Positions 13,715 to 28,689 of a DNA stretch of 64,000 nt are shown here, in pieces; within the stretch, counting starts at the first letter, position 1, and the number at the start of each line of letters is the position of its first letter. The notes under the pieces were generated by a model. That model made no database searches. It was not told the origin of the DNA and was given only the letters and a program-made list of their open reading frames with translations. The translations under genes were made by a program, and so were the position numbers. This stretch comes from the human T2T-CHM13v2.0 reference genome, Homo sapiens: assembly GCF_009914755.1 (NCBI RefSeq), contig NC_060930.1; one strand, written 5' to 3'.

Positions 13715-16465
13715 TGAGTTTTCAGATGAGCTTAGGCTTTTTGAAACACGAACCAGAAAATGATCTCTCTTCCACTCTGCCACAGGGCCAACCCCTGAGC
13801 TAGCTATCTGCGTAAGCCACAGGAGAACAGAAGAAAAAAAGTCAAATATTATCTAACCCCAAGAGTATGAGGCAGCTTTTGCTGAAACATATACCTGTGT
13901 GATAGTTGATAATACAAAATTATCCCCTAAGGTATTTAAGGTGGATTCACGATGGAAAGTTTATTTTATTCCATTTCAGATAGACAGAGTCTGGCTCCCA
14001 TAAATCTTATATGACATTATAGGAAACTGACCCATTTGTACTTGGCCTGAGTTCTTAGACTTTGGAAAGATATGTAACATCTCCCAGTATAAGCTGAGGA
14101 ATACATGTAAGAATTAATTTGTCATGATCTCTTTACATTTCTGACACGAAGATTAAAAAATAGAGTGAGCGTTTGAGACACCTGAAGGTTAAACTTTACC
14201 CTTCAAATTCACAGGAAACTTGTCTTGGAATAAGTGTAATTGTGCCTGGGAAACTATATAGCCTGAGGGCAGGCACTGGTGTGTGAAAACAAAGTAGAAG
14301 AAGAAAAGCTTATCCAGAAAGTGGGCTGGATTGCAGCCTTTTGTCGTATGCAAAAGGTCCACAACTAGAATGAAGTGGAAAAGTACATACTTTATCTTTT
14401 CCTAATTCTGAAAATATTTTTAAGTGCTTTTATGTTCCTGTTTCTGTGTACTTTGTAAAACCAGCAGTACATTGCTTCTTTATGGTAATCACATCTGTGA
14501 AACAGCTTTAGGAAGAGCCTTACAAGTTCTACAGCTATTACTTTTTCAACACATAAATGGTAGATTCATTCCTTCTTCATTCGTCCTACAAACGTTTATT
14601 GCTGCTAATTTTTTTAAATGTGGTTTGAATCCTTTGTCTCTCTGTCTGAATTTTTACTTCGGACTGAGTCAAGTTTCTTTTCAGGCTATTTGAATACATT
14701 TTGATAAAGGAAGACTGCTCATTAAGGGCAGCAGACATACTGGTTTCTTTTGGTTTTGTTTTTATTTGTGCTTTTCTCCTGGAGTGTGGAAAACATGAAA
14801 GGAATATAAGATCAGAGAATTTTAAAGTGGAAAGAAACATCCTAATCTGTAGCTTTTTTCTTTTTTTCAAATACAGACACTAAGGCCCACAGTAGGTAAT
14901 TGATTGCAAGTTAAACATCCTGTTAATGATAAAATTGGCAATAGGAAGCAGACTATCTCCATTCTGGTCTTTTTCAAAAATCCCCCAGGATAAATGTTTA
15001 TCTTGTTTACTATCTTATCTCCAGGGCTTAGAAATGAGCATGTATAGGACACAAGAGATATATCATAAATATTTGCTGAATGAACGAATGAATGTCCAAA
15101 CCTGGATGAAGCTACCAATGCCTTTAGAAATGATCTAGAAAAGCATCCCTGGGGTGACTGGGAAGATGACTGAATAGGAACAGCTCCAGTCTCTAGCTCC
15201 AGGCAAGATCAATGCAGAAGGCGGGTGATTTCTGCATTTCCAACTGAGTTACCCAGCTCATCTCACTGGGACTGGTTAGACAGTGGGTGCAGCCCACGGA
15301 GGGTGGGCCGAAGCAGGGTGGGGCATTGCCTCACCCGGGAAGCACAAGCGGTTGGGGAACTCTCTCCCCTAGCCAAGGGAAGCCCTGAGGGACTGTGCTA
15401 TGTGGAATGGTAGTATCCAGCCCAGATACTACGCTTTTCCCACAGTCTTTGCAACCCACAGACCAGGAGATTCCCTCAGGTGCCTGTACCACCAGGGACC
15501 CTGGGTTTCAAGCACAAAACTGGGCGGCCATTTGAGCAGACACTGAGCAAGCTGCAGGAGTTTTTTTCATACCCCAGTGGCACATGGAAAGCCAGCGAAA
15601 GAGCACCGATCACTCCCCTGGAAAGGGGGCTGAATCCAGGGAGCCAAATGGGCTAGTTCAGCAGATCCCACACCCACAGATCCCAACAAGCTAAGATCCA
15701 CTGGTTTGAAATTCTCGCTACCAGCACAGCAGTCTGAATGCGACCTGGGATGCTTCAGCTTGGTGGGGCGAGGGGTGTCTGCCATCAGTGAGGCTTGAGT
15801 AGGCGGTTTTCCCCTCACAGTGTAAACCAAGCCACCAGGAAGTTTGGACTATGCTGAGCCCACCAAAGCTTGGCAAAGCCTCTGTAGCCAGACTGCCTCT
15901 CTGAGCAGGGCATCTCTGAAAGACAGGCAGCAGCCTCAGTCAGGGGCTTATAGATAAAACTTCCATCTCCCTGTAACAGAGCACCTGGGGGAAGGGGTGG
16001 CTGTGGGTGCAGCTTCAGCAGACTTAAACATTGCTGTCTGCTAGCTCTGAAGAGAGCAGCGGATCTCTCAGCACAGCCCTCGAGCTCTGCTAAGGGACTC
16101 AGTTGGTCCTTGACCCCTGTGCTTCCTGACTGGGAGACACCTCCCAGCAGGGATTGACAGACACCTCATATAGGAGAGCTCCGGCTGGCATCTGGCAGGT
16201 GCCTCTCTGGGATGAAGCTTCCAGAGAAAGGAACAGGCAGCAATCTTTGCTGTTCTGGAGCCTCTGCTGGTGATACTGACGCAAACAGGATCTAGAGTGG
16301 AACTCCAGCAAACTCCAGCAGACCTGCAGCAGAGAGGCCTGACTGTTAGAAGAAAAACTAACAAACAGAAAGGAATAGCATCAACATTAACAAAAAGGAT
16401 GTCCACACAGAAACCCCATCCGATGGTCACCAGCATAAAAGACCAAAGGTAGATAAATCCACAAA

Positions 16466-17477
16466 ATGAGGAAAAACCAGTGCAAAACGGCTGAAAATTC
16501 CAAAAACCAGAACACCTCTTCTCCTCCAAAGGATCACAGTTCCTTGCCAGAAAGAGAACAAAACTGAATGGAGAATGAGTTGGACGAATTGACAGGCTTT
16601 AGAAGATGAGTAATAACAAACTCCTCTGAGCTAAAGGAGCACATTCTAACCCAATGCAAGGAAGCTAAAAACCTTGAGAAAAGGTTAGAGGAATTGCTAA
16701 CTGGAATTGCCAGTTTAGAGAAGAACATAAATGACCTGATGGAGCTGAAAAACTCAGCATGAGAACCTTGTGAAGCATATACAAGTATCAATAGCCAAAT
16801 TGATCAACTGGAAGAAAAGATATTAGAGATTGAAGATCAGCTTAATGAAATGAAGCATGAAAACAAGATTAAAGGAAAAAGGGTAAAAAGGAAAGAACAA
16901 AAAGCCTCCAAGAAATATGGGACTATGTGAAAAGACCAAACCTGTGTTTGATTGGTGTAGGTGAAAGTGACAGGGACAATGGAACCAAATTGGAAAACAC
17001 TCTTCAGGATATTATCCAGGAGAACTTCCCCAAACTAGCAAGACAGGCCAACATTCAAATTCAGGAAATACAGAGAACGCCACAAAGATACTCCTCGAGA
17101 AGAACAACCCAAAGACACAAATTCACCGAGGTTGAAATGAAGGAAAAAATGTTAAGGCAGCCAGAGAGAAAGATCAGGTTACCCACAAAGGGAAGCCTAT
17201 CAGAATAACAGTGGATCTCTCGGCAGAAATCCTACAAGTCAGAAGAGAGTGGGGGCCAATATTCAACATTCTTAAAGAAAAGAATTTTCAAGCCAGAATT
17301 TCATATCCAGCTAAACCAAGCTTCATAAGCAAATGAGAAATAAAATCCTTTACAGACAAGCAAATGCTGAGATATTTTGTCACCACTAGGCCTGTCTTAC
17401 AAGAGCTCCTGAAGGAAGCACTAAATATGGAAAGGAAAAACCAGTACCAGCCACTGCAAAAACATGCCAAATTGTAA
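16466..17477 (+). pseudogene. L1 ORF1p, disrupted
   Basis: atgaggaaaaaccag start; fragment KRPNLCLIGV...IIQENFPKLARQANIQIQEIQRTP; in-frame stops and frameshifts. Confidence 0.92.
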
Positions 17478-17540
17478 AGACCATCAACACTATGAAGAAA
17501 CTGCATCAATTAATGGGCAAAAGAACCAGCTAGCATCATA

Positions 17541-17742
17541 ATGACAGGATCAAATTCACACATAACAATATTAACCTTAAATGTAAATGAGCTAAATGCC
17601 CCAATTAAAAGACACAGACTGGCAAATTAGATAAAGAGTCAAGACCCATCGGTGTGCTGCATTCAGGAGACCCATCTCACATGCAAAGACACACATAGTC
17701 TCAAATTAAAGGGAAGGAGGAATATTTACTAAGCAAATGGAA

Positions 17743-17792
<50 letters not shown>

Positions 17793-20700
17793 CAGGGGTT
17801 GCAATCCTAGTCTCTGACAAAACAGACTTTAAACCAACAAAGAACAAATAAGACAAAGAAGGGCACTACATAATGGTAAAGGGATCAATGCAACAAGAAG
17901 AGTTAACTATCCTAAATATATATGCCCCCCACACAGGAGTACCCAGATTCATAAAGGAAGTTCTTAAAGACCTACAAAGAGACTTAGACTCCCACACAAT
18001 AATAGTGGGAGACTTTAACACCCCACTGTCAATATTAGACAGATCAAAGAGACAAAAAATTAACAAGGATATTCAGGACTTGAACTCAGCTCTGGACCAG
18101 GCGGACCTAATAGACATTTACAGAACTCTCCATCCCAAATCGACAGAATATACATTCTTCTCAGCACCATGTGACACTTATTCTAAAATCGACCACATAA
18201 TTGGAAGTAAAAGACTCCTCATCAAATACAAAAGAACAGAAATTATAACAGTCTCTCAGACCACAGTGCAATCAAATTACAACTCAGGATTAAGAAACTC
18301 ACTCAAAACCACACAACTACATGGAAACTGTACAAGCTGCTCCTGAATGACTACTGGGTAAATAACAAAATTAAGGCAGAAATAAGTAAGTTCTTTGAAA
18401 CCAATGAGAACAAAGACACAACATAACAGAATCTCTGGGACACAGCTATAGCAGTGTTTAGAGGGAAATTTGTAGCACTAAATGCCCACAGGAGAAAGCA
18501 AGAAAGATCTAAAATTGACACCCTAACATCACAATTAAAAGAACTAGAGAAGCAAGAGCAAACAAATTCAAAAGCTAGCAGAAGACAAGAAATAACTAAG
18601 ATAAGAGCAGAACTGAAGGAGATAGACATGAAAAACCCTTCAAAAAATCAGTGAATCCAGGAGCTGGTTTTTTGAAAAGATTAACAAAATAGATCACTAG
18701 CCACACTAATACAAAAGAACAGAGAGAAGTGTCAAATAGACACTATTAAAAATGATAAAGGGGCTATCACCCCTGATCCTACAGAAATATAAACTACCAT
18801 CAGAGAACACTAAAAACACCTCTACACAAATAAACTAGAAAATCTAGAAGAAATGGATGAATTCCTGGACACATACACCCTCCCAAAACTAAACCAGGAA
18901 GAAGTTGAATCCCTGAATAGACCAATAACAGGTTCTGAAATTGAGACTGTAATTAATAGCCTACCAACCAAAAAAAGCCCAAGACCAGACAGATTCACAG
19001 CTGAATTCTACCAGAGGTACAAAGAGGAGCTGTACCCATTCCTTTTGAAACCACTCCAAACAATAGAAAAAGAGGGAATCCTCCGTAACTCTTTTTATGA
19101 GGCCAGCATCATCTTGATACCAAAACCTGAAAAAAAAGAAAATTTTAGGCCAATATCCCTGATGAACATCGATGAGAAAATCTTCAATAAAATACTGGCA
19201 AACCAAATCCAGCAACACATCAAAAAGCTTATCCAACACGATCAAGTTGACTTCATCCCTGGGATGCAAAGCTCATTCAAAATACACAAATCAGTAAAAG
19301 CAATCCATCACATAAACAGAACCAATGACAAAAACCACATGATTATCTCAATAGAAGCAGAAAAGGCCTTCAACAAAATTCAACACCCCTTCATGCTAAA
19401 AACACTCAATAAACTAGGCATTGATGGAATGTACCTCAAAATAATAAGAGCTATTTATGACAAACCTACAGCCAATATCATACTTAATGGGCAAAAGCTG
19501 GAAGCATTCCATCTGAAAACCAGCACAAGACAACATAGTATTGGAACAACAATTCAACATAGTGTTGGAAGTTCTGGCCAGGGCAATCAGGCAAGAGAAA
19601 GAAATAAAGGGTATTCAAATTGGAAGAGAGGAAGTCAAATTGTCTCCATCTCCAGATGACATGATTGTATATTTAGAAAACCCCATTGTCTCAGCCTAAA
19701 ATCTCCTTCAGCTGCTAAGCAACCTCAGCAAGGTTTCAGGATACAAAATCAATGTGCAAAAATCATGAGCATTCCTACACACCAATAACAGACAAACAGA
19801 GAGCCAAATCATGAGTGAACTCTAATTCACAATTGCTACAAAGAGAATAAAAACCTAGGAATACAACTTACAAGGGATGTGAAAGACCTCTTCAAGGAGA
19901 ACTACAAACCACTGCTCAAGGAAATAAGAGAGGACACAAACAAATGGAAAAACATTCCATGCTCATGGATAGGAAGAACCAATATCATGAAAATGGCCAT
20001 ACTGCCCAAAGTAATTTATAGATTCAATGCTATCCCCCTCAAGCTACCATTGACTTTATTCACAGAATTAGAAAAAACTACTTTAAATTTCATGTGGAAC
20101 CAAAAAGACCCTGTATAGCCAAGACAATCCTAAGCAAAAAGAACGAAGCTGGAGGCATCATGCTACCTGACTTCAAACTATACTACAAGGCTACAGTAAC
20201 CAAAACAGCATGGTACTGGTACCAAAACAGATATATAGACCAAAGGAATGGAACGGAGGCCTCAGAAACAACACCATACATCTACAACCATCTGATTTTT
20301 GACAAATCTGGTAAAAGTAAGCAATGGGGGAAGGATTCCTTATTTAATAAATGGTGTTGGGAAAACTGGCAAGCCATATGCAGAAAACTGAAAGTGGACC
20401 CCTTCCTTACACCTTATACAAAAATTAACTCAAGATGGATTAAATACTTAAACATAAGACCTAAAACCATAAAAACCCTAGGAGAAAATCTAGGCAATAC
20501 CATTCAGGACATAGGCATGGGCAAAGACTTCATGACTAAAGCACTGAAAGCAATGGCAACAAAAGACAAAATTGATAAATGGGATCTAATTAAACTAAAG
20601 AGCTTCTGCACAGCAAAAGAAGCTATCATCAGAGTAAACAGGCAACCTACAGAATGGGAGAAAAATTTTGCAATCTATCCATCTGACAGAGGGCTAATAT

Positions 20701-21373
20701 TCAGAATCTACAAAGTACTTAAACAAATTTACAAGAAAAAAATAACCCCATCAAAAAGCATGCGAAGGATATGAACAGACACTTCTCAAAAGAAGACATG
20801 CATGCGGCCAACAAACATATGAAAAAAAAAATCATCATCGTTGGTCATTAAAGAAATGCAAATCAAAACCACAATGAGATACCACCACCTCATGCCAGTT
20901 AGAATGGTGATCATTAAAAAGTCAGGAAATAACATGCTGGAGAGGATGTGGAGAAATAGGAATGCTTTTACACTATTGGTGGGAGTGTAAATTAGTTCAA
21001 CCATTGTGGTAGACAGTGGGGCGATTCCTCAAGGATCTAGAACCAGAAATACTACTTGGCCCAGCAATCCCATTACTGAGTATATACCCAAAGGATTATA
21101 AATCATTCTATTATAAAGACACATGCACACGTATGTTTATTGCAGCACTTCACAATAGCAAAGACTTGGTACCAACGCAAATGCCTACCAATGATAGACT
21201 GGATAAAGAAAATGTGGCACAAATATAGCATAAAATACTATGCAGCCATAAAAAAGGATGAGTTCACGTCCTTTGCAGGGACATGAATGAAGCTGGAAAC
21301 CATCATTCTCAGCAATCTAACACAGGAACAGAAAACCAAACACTGAATGTTCTCACTCAAAAGTGGGAGTTGA
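17541..21373 (+). pseudogene. L1 ORF2p (EN/RT), disrupted
   Basis: atgacaggatcaaattc start; EN motifs GDFNTPL and SKIDH; RT motif ENFRPISL; fragmented into many ORFs, QGCPLSP motif lost. Confidence 0.94.
17746..17791 (+). repeat. A46 mononucleotide tract inside the L1 EN region
   Basis: Counted directly in the sequence. Confidence 0.95.
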
Positions 21374-22047
21374 ACAATGAGAAGACATGGACAAAGGGAG
21401 GGGAACATCACACACTGGGGTCTGTGGGGGGCTGGTAGGCTAAAGGAGGGATAGCATTAGGAGAAATACCTAATGTAGATGACGGGTTGATAGGTGCAGC
21501 AAACCACCATGGCACATGTATACCTCTGTAACAAACCTGCACGTTCTGCACATTTATCCCAGAACTTAAAGCATAATTAAAAAAATTAAAAAAGAAGAAA
21601 AGCACCCCTATTCAAAAAAGGAAAAGAAAATCCTATGAATTTGTTATGGTTCCAGGTCTATTTCTGGTTAAACATTATATCCAACGTGGTGAAGCACTGG
21701 GAGCTCTATATCAGCTCTCTAAAACATACTGTGTTAATACAAAATAAAGGTAGTTCTAGATTCTGAAGTTTCTCAGACTCTCGTAAATATCTCAATTAAT
21801 CAACAATGGGAACTTAAGAGTGCTGAAATTCCTTAAGTTTAGTAGATTCCATCTGTATCCTTAAGAGAGTCTCAGGGAAGACCCCAGTGACTGGCACTTG
21901 TAGGCTCTAGGACTAAACTGCTGCTGGGTCCCATTTTTCATGGCAAATGGCCCAGCGTAGGATCCCTGCTTTGGAAACTTCAAAGTCCTTTCAGTAGACA
22001 AAGCATATAGTTATAGGACTAATTATCAGGATCTTGAAGAGTTTCTT

Positions 22048-22335
<288 letters not shown>

Positions 22336-24106
22336 AGGAGCCTGAAGACTTTCTTATGTCTATATGCTCACATAAATAATGAGTGATAACAACCCAAACT
22401 CAATATTAAGAACTTTTAAACAGTCATCCCCCTTCCAAGTTAAAGGCTACAGTTTTGTTCAAATATGCATCTGGGTCCATCTGAGGATCATTCTCAGGAG
22501 GAAAATCATTTTCCTCCACAGAAGCCACAAGACCATGGCTGAAAGAGATAGTGTGTCCTTCAGTGGCTCCTGCACCATGATCAGAGGTCACTGAATCTCT
22601 ACCTATTGTATATGATGAACAAGAAAGAAGAAATTCTCATTACAGACATGCTTTCCCTAGTGTAAAGAAGAAAGGATAGTAAATGCTATAGCAAAGTTAT
22701 ATTAGGGAGAGTCAGACTATGTGATTCACCCCTTACTCCCATCCTGTGTGCCAGAATGAGAAGTGTTCAACATTTCTAAAGCAAGAGAAGAAATCTGAGG
22801 AAACCCTGCCTCATTCTGTTTCAAGTTCACATAGTATCACACTGTTTCACACAGCTACCTATTGCAAATTCTGACAGCAGCATTTCTACAGTTCATTTTA
22901 ACAGGGATAATGATTATTTGCCAATGCAAAGCAGAAGTTGCAGTCTAAGTTAAATTTTAAATCAGAGCAGAGGGCACACAAAATGAATCCAACTGGGAAT
23001 TATAAAAGGAAAACATGAATTTAGGCTGACATTGCGAGGAAAGATTTTTTTCTCAAAGAACCAAACTCTGAAGAATATTCAAAAAAGCATTGAGTGAAGC
23101 AAGCATTATAGATGGGGAGAAAAAGAGCCATACACAAGAATAAACATGCCTCTGAAAGGTGGAATTATCTCACCTTGTTCCACTTTCTCAGCAGTTGGCA
23201 CACATGCCACCCTTAGTATGAATGCAAATAATCAGCACTTCATCCTTGTTCTTTCATATTCAAACATATTTATACATTATTCATATTTTAAACAGCTAGG
23301 TAGAAGGTGCTCTAATTTGCTTTCTACTTTTCTCCCCTAGCACTTGTTCATTATGTCCTGTACACACGGTGAGAGCCCAGTAAATACCACTGGTCCACTG
23401 AAGCCCCATGAACCCTTTTTAAGTTATTGGAGATGCATAACCAGAACCTTCCTGGTCCCAGAAGTGAGACCTCAGCCATGCCTCTCCAGCACAGAGCTTG
23501 GCTCCTAAGCAGGGCATCTGCTTTTGTGATTCTTTTTTTTTTTTTTTTTTTGGTGCTTGTTTCTGTTAGGTTGCTTAACCTCTTTGCATCCCCATTTCAT
23601 CATTATTAATATGCAAATGATGATGACAATAATATTTACCTCACAAGCTTATTGTTGTTTGGAGAATAAAATATAGATATAGGTATAGATATATGAAATC
23701 AATAAAAATAGATACCCTTTCCTCTCCCCATTTCTACACTGTAATTCAAAGTCCTGCAAGGATTGACCAGCACCAAGGTGACAGAAAAACAGATCAAGAA
23801 GTGCAGTGAAAATCTCATTAATATCAAGATAAGGTCGTACTAATTCTTAGATATAGCAGGTAAAGACACACGCTTATGTAGAGGTAAGAGTTCAAGCAAA
23901 AATAGTGCAACACTTGGGACTTGGAGAAGACAAGATCTCAGTGCAGGCCTGCCCAGGAAATACCAGTTCATTTACACACTAACTCCTCATCCTCAGCTTA
24001 AAAATCTTGGGAGCAGCTGTGTATTTTCTTGTTGTGTCCAAAACTCTGTCCAACTCCCTCTTGACCCATTGTGCAGTTTGGCAGTTTGCTTCACATTCTG
24101 CTCATA

Positions 24107-24108
<2 letters not shown>

Positions 24109-24138
<30 letters not shown>
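24109..24138 (+). repeat. T30 tract
   Basis: Counted directly; no adjoining Alu or L1 body is evident. Confidence 0.9.
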
Positions 24139-25285
24139 CAGAGAATGCCTGTCTGTGGAGACCTCAGGCACATCCCACTCCAGTGCTACCCAGGGGACTT
24201 CCACTGACTCCTTTGCCCAGCTCCCATTCATAGACGTTTCTTTTGGCATTCTCCTGACTCACCAAAGGACTCTTCACCTCTTTTCTTTCATTTGAAATGG
24301 AAGCAATTGTGTTTAACTACATTTTTCCTTTATGCTTTTATTCCTGTACACTTATTTAGTAAGTGCAGTGCTCTTTTACTCCTTAAACTCATCTGTGATT
24401 TTCCATATTTTAGAAAGTGAAATGAGCAGTTCCGCTTCGGAGATTGAGTCTGAGAAATGGTTATTTTTTAAAAAATAGAAACAGTCTGGGGAAAGTCCTT
24501 CTTTCACATTTTATGCCAGAATCTTTTCTGTTCTTACTAATTTTCTAACTCGTGGTAGGATGAGGAAAAACTGTTCATTTTAGCCGGCTCCTGTGTGATT
24601 GTAATGAATACTCCTATTGGATTACAAACACAATAATGAAAAAGACAATGATTGGCTTCCACTCTAACACATAGAACTAGGGAACTGAGCTGCTTCTGAG
24701 TCATATTTTTTAAGAGTTCATTTGCAAACAAGTATAGTAATCAAAGGGCTCCTTCCAAGGGAACTGAATAAAGATGGAGCCATGAACCAGAAAATAAACT
24801 GATTGCCCACTTGGAAATTGACAAATTAACTATGATGATGAACAAAATTAAGTAGGGATCTAGCTCTATAACTTGCATGGGAAGTACATGGATGTTGTGT
24901 GTGTGTTTCTGTGTGTGCATGTGTGTGTGATTATATCCTTTCATCCTCAAATATGGAATTACTGTGTGCACCCAGAGCTAGAAAGATCAATGTTTGTACA
25001 ATGGTTTGTTCCTATTCATTTTCTTTCAAACAACTTTCACATTTATAAGGCTTTCCTGAGTGTGCCTCTCTTATCAATCCATTAAGCAACTCTTTATTCA
25101 AATATTCATGTTTGATCACACCTCTCAAAACTAACCACTGGACCCCCTTTTCTCTACAAGGTAAAATTAAAAGTCCTTAACCTCCCATATAAAAAGAAAA
25201 CCGAAAATCCTCATGATATAGAATCTGCTTCTCTCTCAAAGCTCATGTTGCAGACACAGGTTTCAATCTGATATTCATTCCCAAC

Positions 25286-25712
25286 TGTTATTCTCCTTTA
25301 TTACTCTGAAATAGAACCTGAAAAGCTAAACTGTCACTTCCCCAACCTCCCTTTGGATTAGGGGCTGCCATGTGATACAATGCCAGCTGAAGAGAGAATT
25401 ACAAGCAGAATCAGTGAAGGCACTTCTAAAAAAAGGCTTTTGTTATCCTTAGGAAAGGGAAAAAGATATGTTAGTGGCTTCCACTTCCCCTCTTCCTCCT
25501 TTTTCCTGACTTAAAAATAAAGATAAGATGACTAGAGCTAGAGCAGCCATTCTGTGACCATGAAAAAAGGGCATTAAAATTGCAGAGACGCTGGCCCTGA
25601 TAGTGGATCTACTGAAAAAAAACTTCCTGACTATATTAGAAAAATGAACCCTTGTCTGTTTGGTTAATTTGGGTTCTCTATTATTGTTGCAGGATGGAAG
25701 CCTAACTGACAT
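25286..25712 (+). mobile_element. Ancient ERVL/MaLR LTR (LTR33/MLT1J-like)
   Basis: cacttccccaacctccctt...ccatgtgatac...gcagccattctgtgaccatga...cttgtctgttt...cctaactgaca motifs. Confidence 0.55.
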
Positions 25713-27852
25713 ACTCACCTTCCACCATTCTTATTTCCATCAAAATTTATGCTCCAACAATATTTTGCCCAAATTACTCTCCCAGTAAGTCTTCTTGAGA
25801 CATCTCAATCCCAAAATTGTTAGTAATAATTATTAATTATTCCCCCTTCTCTAGGTTTTCTCTTTATTTTGAAGATACTTTCATTATTGAACTTCTCACA
25901 TAGCATTATCATTTATTTATATGCTTGGGGTTATAAATAGACACTAAATAAAATATTGTTGGGTGCTATGGAATCATTAGCTATGTACAATGTTGGAATC
26001 CTCGGAGGACACCAACATTAAAAGCATAAAAGTTTGGCTCGTAGGATTGTGCTGCGTGGATACTACTTGATTACACCATCATTCATATCCTATTGCATCC
26101 TCTGACACTCCATTGCTAGGGACACATCTTGCTCAGAAATACTTGTGTCATTGGCTTGTGACTAGGAAATACAATGTTCCTTATTGACTAAACCTTTTGC
26201 AAGGGGGATGAAAGGATGCCACGCTGTTCCTCTCCTTGACACCTAGGCAGAATCTCTTTACTTCTCTTCCTGGAAATACTTGTTCCCTCTAGTCTGTCTA
26301 CAGAACATCCTTTAAGTTCCAGGTCAAGGAATACCTCCACAAAGAACTCTTCTTTTCCATTCACACTCCAGAATTTATTGTTCTTTCGTTGAATCACAGT
26401 ATTTTACATGTGCCTCTATCATGTTGTGCTGTATTTATTTATTTACATATCTGTCTTTTCTAAATATAGTAAGCTCCTGGATGCAAGCGTTCATGTTTGA
26501 TTGATATTCAAGGTTTAAGTATCTGAAAAAGTATCTCTCACAAATACTTGTTTAATGAAACGATGGCATTCACTTTATCAACGTACCAACACTCTTCCAA
26601 GTAAAAGGCAAGAGAAAGGTCAAATACTTTGGAATATCTTCGAGGTTCTAAATTTCATGGATTCCATCATTTGGTGTATAGAATTTAAAAATAAAAGACT
26701 AAAGTATAATTTGTAAAAATATAACACTACAAATCGTTTTGGAGAGGCAATGAATTGTAACGGGGATTTAGTTTATCAATTACCAGCTCAGGTAATCGCA
26801 AATGGGCACATTCTGTGAAAGTGTATATTGTTGAAATTAATCTGTACTCTCATCTTGTGTAATTTTTCCTTTCTTTGCATTAAACAAGATTTGTATTTGT
26901 ATTATGCCCTTTGACCAGAGTCTTCAATACCACCCACGAACTATTTAGGCAGTGCATCAGGAGAATGAGCTCTTTTGCATGAAAAACATCAAAATGTAGA
27001 ACATGTACCCCATAAAGTTTCTATAGGACATCACTGTGCAACTCAGTCATGAAATTTTTTTCCAGTTGGATATTATTAATTGTTGCAATTATTATTATTG
27101 AAATCGTCCCAAAAGATTGCAATGTGATTAGGACCAAAAGAACAAACATTTTAGCAAATATATTGGCTGCTTATGGAATAAAGTGCTATTCCACAGCCAG
27201 CTTTTTGTTGCAAACCATGTTATGTAAAAAAACACAAGCTCCCCAAAATGGACATGGGCCTTCACTATCTTTCTGGATTAAATTATAGCATCTTTCAAAT
27301 GATTTTTTTGGTATGTGTGCTACTCTATTTTCATTATGAAGAAAAAAAATTTGGATACGAGCTTTGGATAAAATTATGGCCTCATCAAGACACGAATAAA
27401 TTACATATGCCTCATTAAAACTTGTCAGTTTAATTCAGATAACATTTATTTATTATAAGTGTTTTAAAGGTTTATAGTTATTTTCCACATTATTTCACTG
27501 CACTTTACTTACCCTCACTTAAAATTCTTTTTGTATGGTGAACTGTATAGTTTAATTTTTATTTCCATTATTTTCCTACTGAAAGTTACATTTTAAAAAT
27601 GCTGTTATTTTCCATTTGCCTCATAGGTGTCTATCATGCACTAGGCAATATGATTTTCTTAGAATTCCCAATGGGCTCTGTGCTACTTATTTGCATGTAC
27701 TGTGTCGACATATGAATCTTGAGGGAAATAAATTTACTTTGTGAAATGTATTTATTATGTCGCACTGTGTCCTATGCCAAAGCAATTCAAACAAAGGGCA
27801 AACAAAGGACTATGTCTTCCAACAATTCTAACATTTTAAAAAACAAAAAGAT

Positions 27853-28175
<323 letters not shown>

Positions 28176-28344
28176 TAATATTTTTGTACACTAGAAAAGT
28201 ACTTTTGGTTTTATCTCACATGATTTAGCTGTAGAGATCAGTTTATCTGATGTATAAATTTCTCTATTTGTCTCAATAGGTTATAAATATATAAAAGCCA
28301 TTTATTTGTCAAAAGCTATTGAAAGTAATAGGTATTTCCAAATA

Positions 28345-28498
28345 TAACAACATGCTATAAGGTAAGAAGCAAAGGATTTGGAGGCAGGCAGATGTTAATT
28401 CCAATGTTGAATCTGCAATTTACCAGCTATGTGAGTCACAGTTTCCTCATCTATTAAGTGGGGGGTCACAATAAATACCTTGAAAGATTGTTGCAAGC
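28345..28498 (+). mobile_element. MIR SINE fragment
   Basis: Core motifs tttaccagctatgtga...cagtttcctcatctattaagtggg. Confidence 0.7.
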
Positions 28499-28537
28499 TG
28501 TATTAGTCAGGGTTCTCTAGAGGGACAGAATTAATAG

Positions 28538-28540
<3 letters not shown>
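28499..28540 (-). mobile_element. MLT2A-type LTR, 3' terminal stub only
   Basis: tgtattagtcagggttctctagagggacaga is near-identical to the reverse complement of the end of the LTR at 50765-50794. Confidence 0.85.
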
Positions 28541-28615
<75 letters not shown>

Positions 28616-28634
28616 TATACATATATATATATAT
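28541..28634. repeat. (AT)30(AC)n(AT)n compound microsatellite
   Basis: Read directly from the sequence. Confidence 0.95.
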
Positions 28635-28689
28635 CTCATATATACCAATAAGTATGAAATGCTTGTGTGTGTGTGCGTGTGCTCATTTC

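Larger units (their letters stand above)
15151..21595 (+). mobile_element. Full-length, inactive LINE-1 (L1PA7/8-like)
   Basis: 5'UTR start gaagatgactgaataggaacagctcc, ORF1 and ORF2 remnants, 3'UTR and A tail; TSD agaaaagca(t/c)ccct at 15137-15150 and 21596-21609. Confidence 0.95.

Noticed and set aside
15567-16529. Antisense ORFs in the L1 5'UTR as ORF0-like genes
   Set aside because: No recognisable ORF0 sequence; these are common antisense frames of L1P 5'UTRs.
15151-21595. Active full-length L1
   Set aside because: Many stops and frameshifts, QGCPLSP lost and the FADD context altered.
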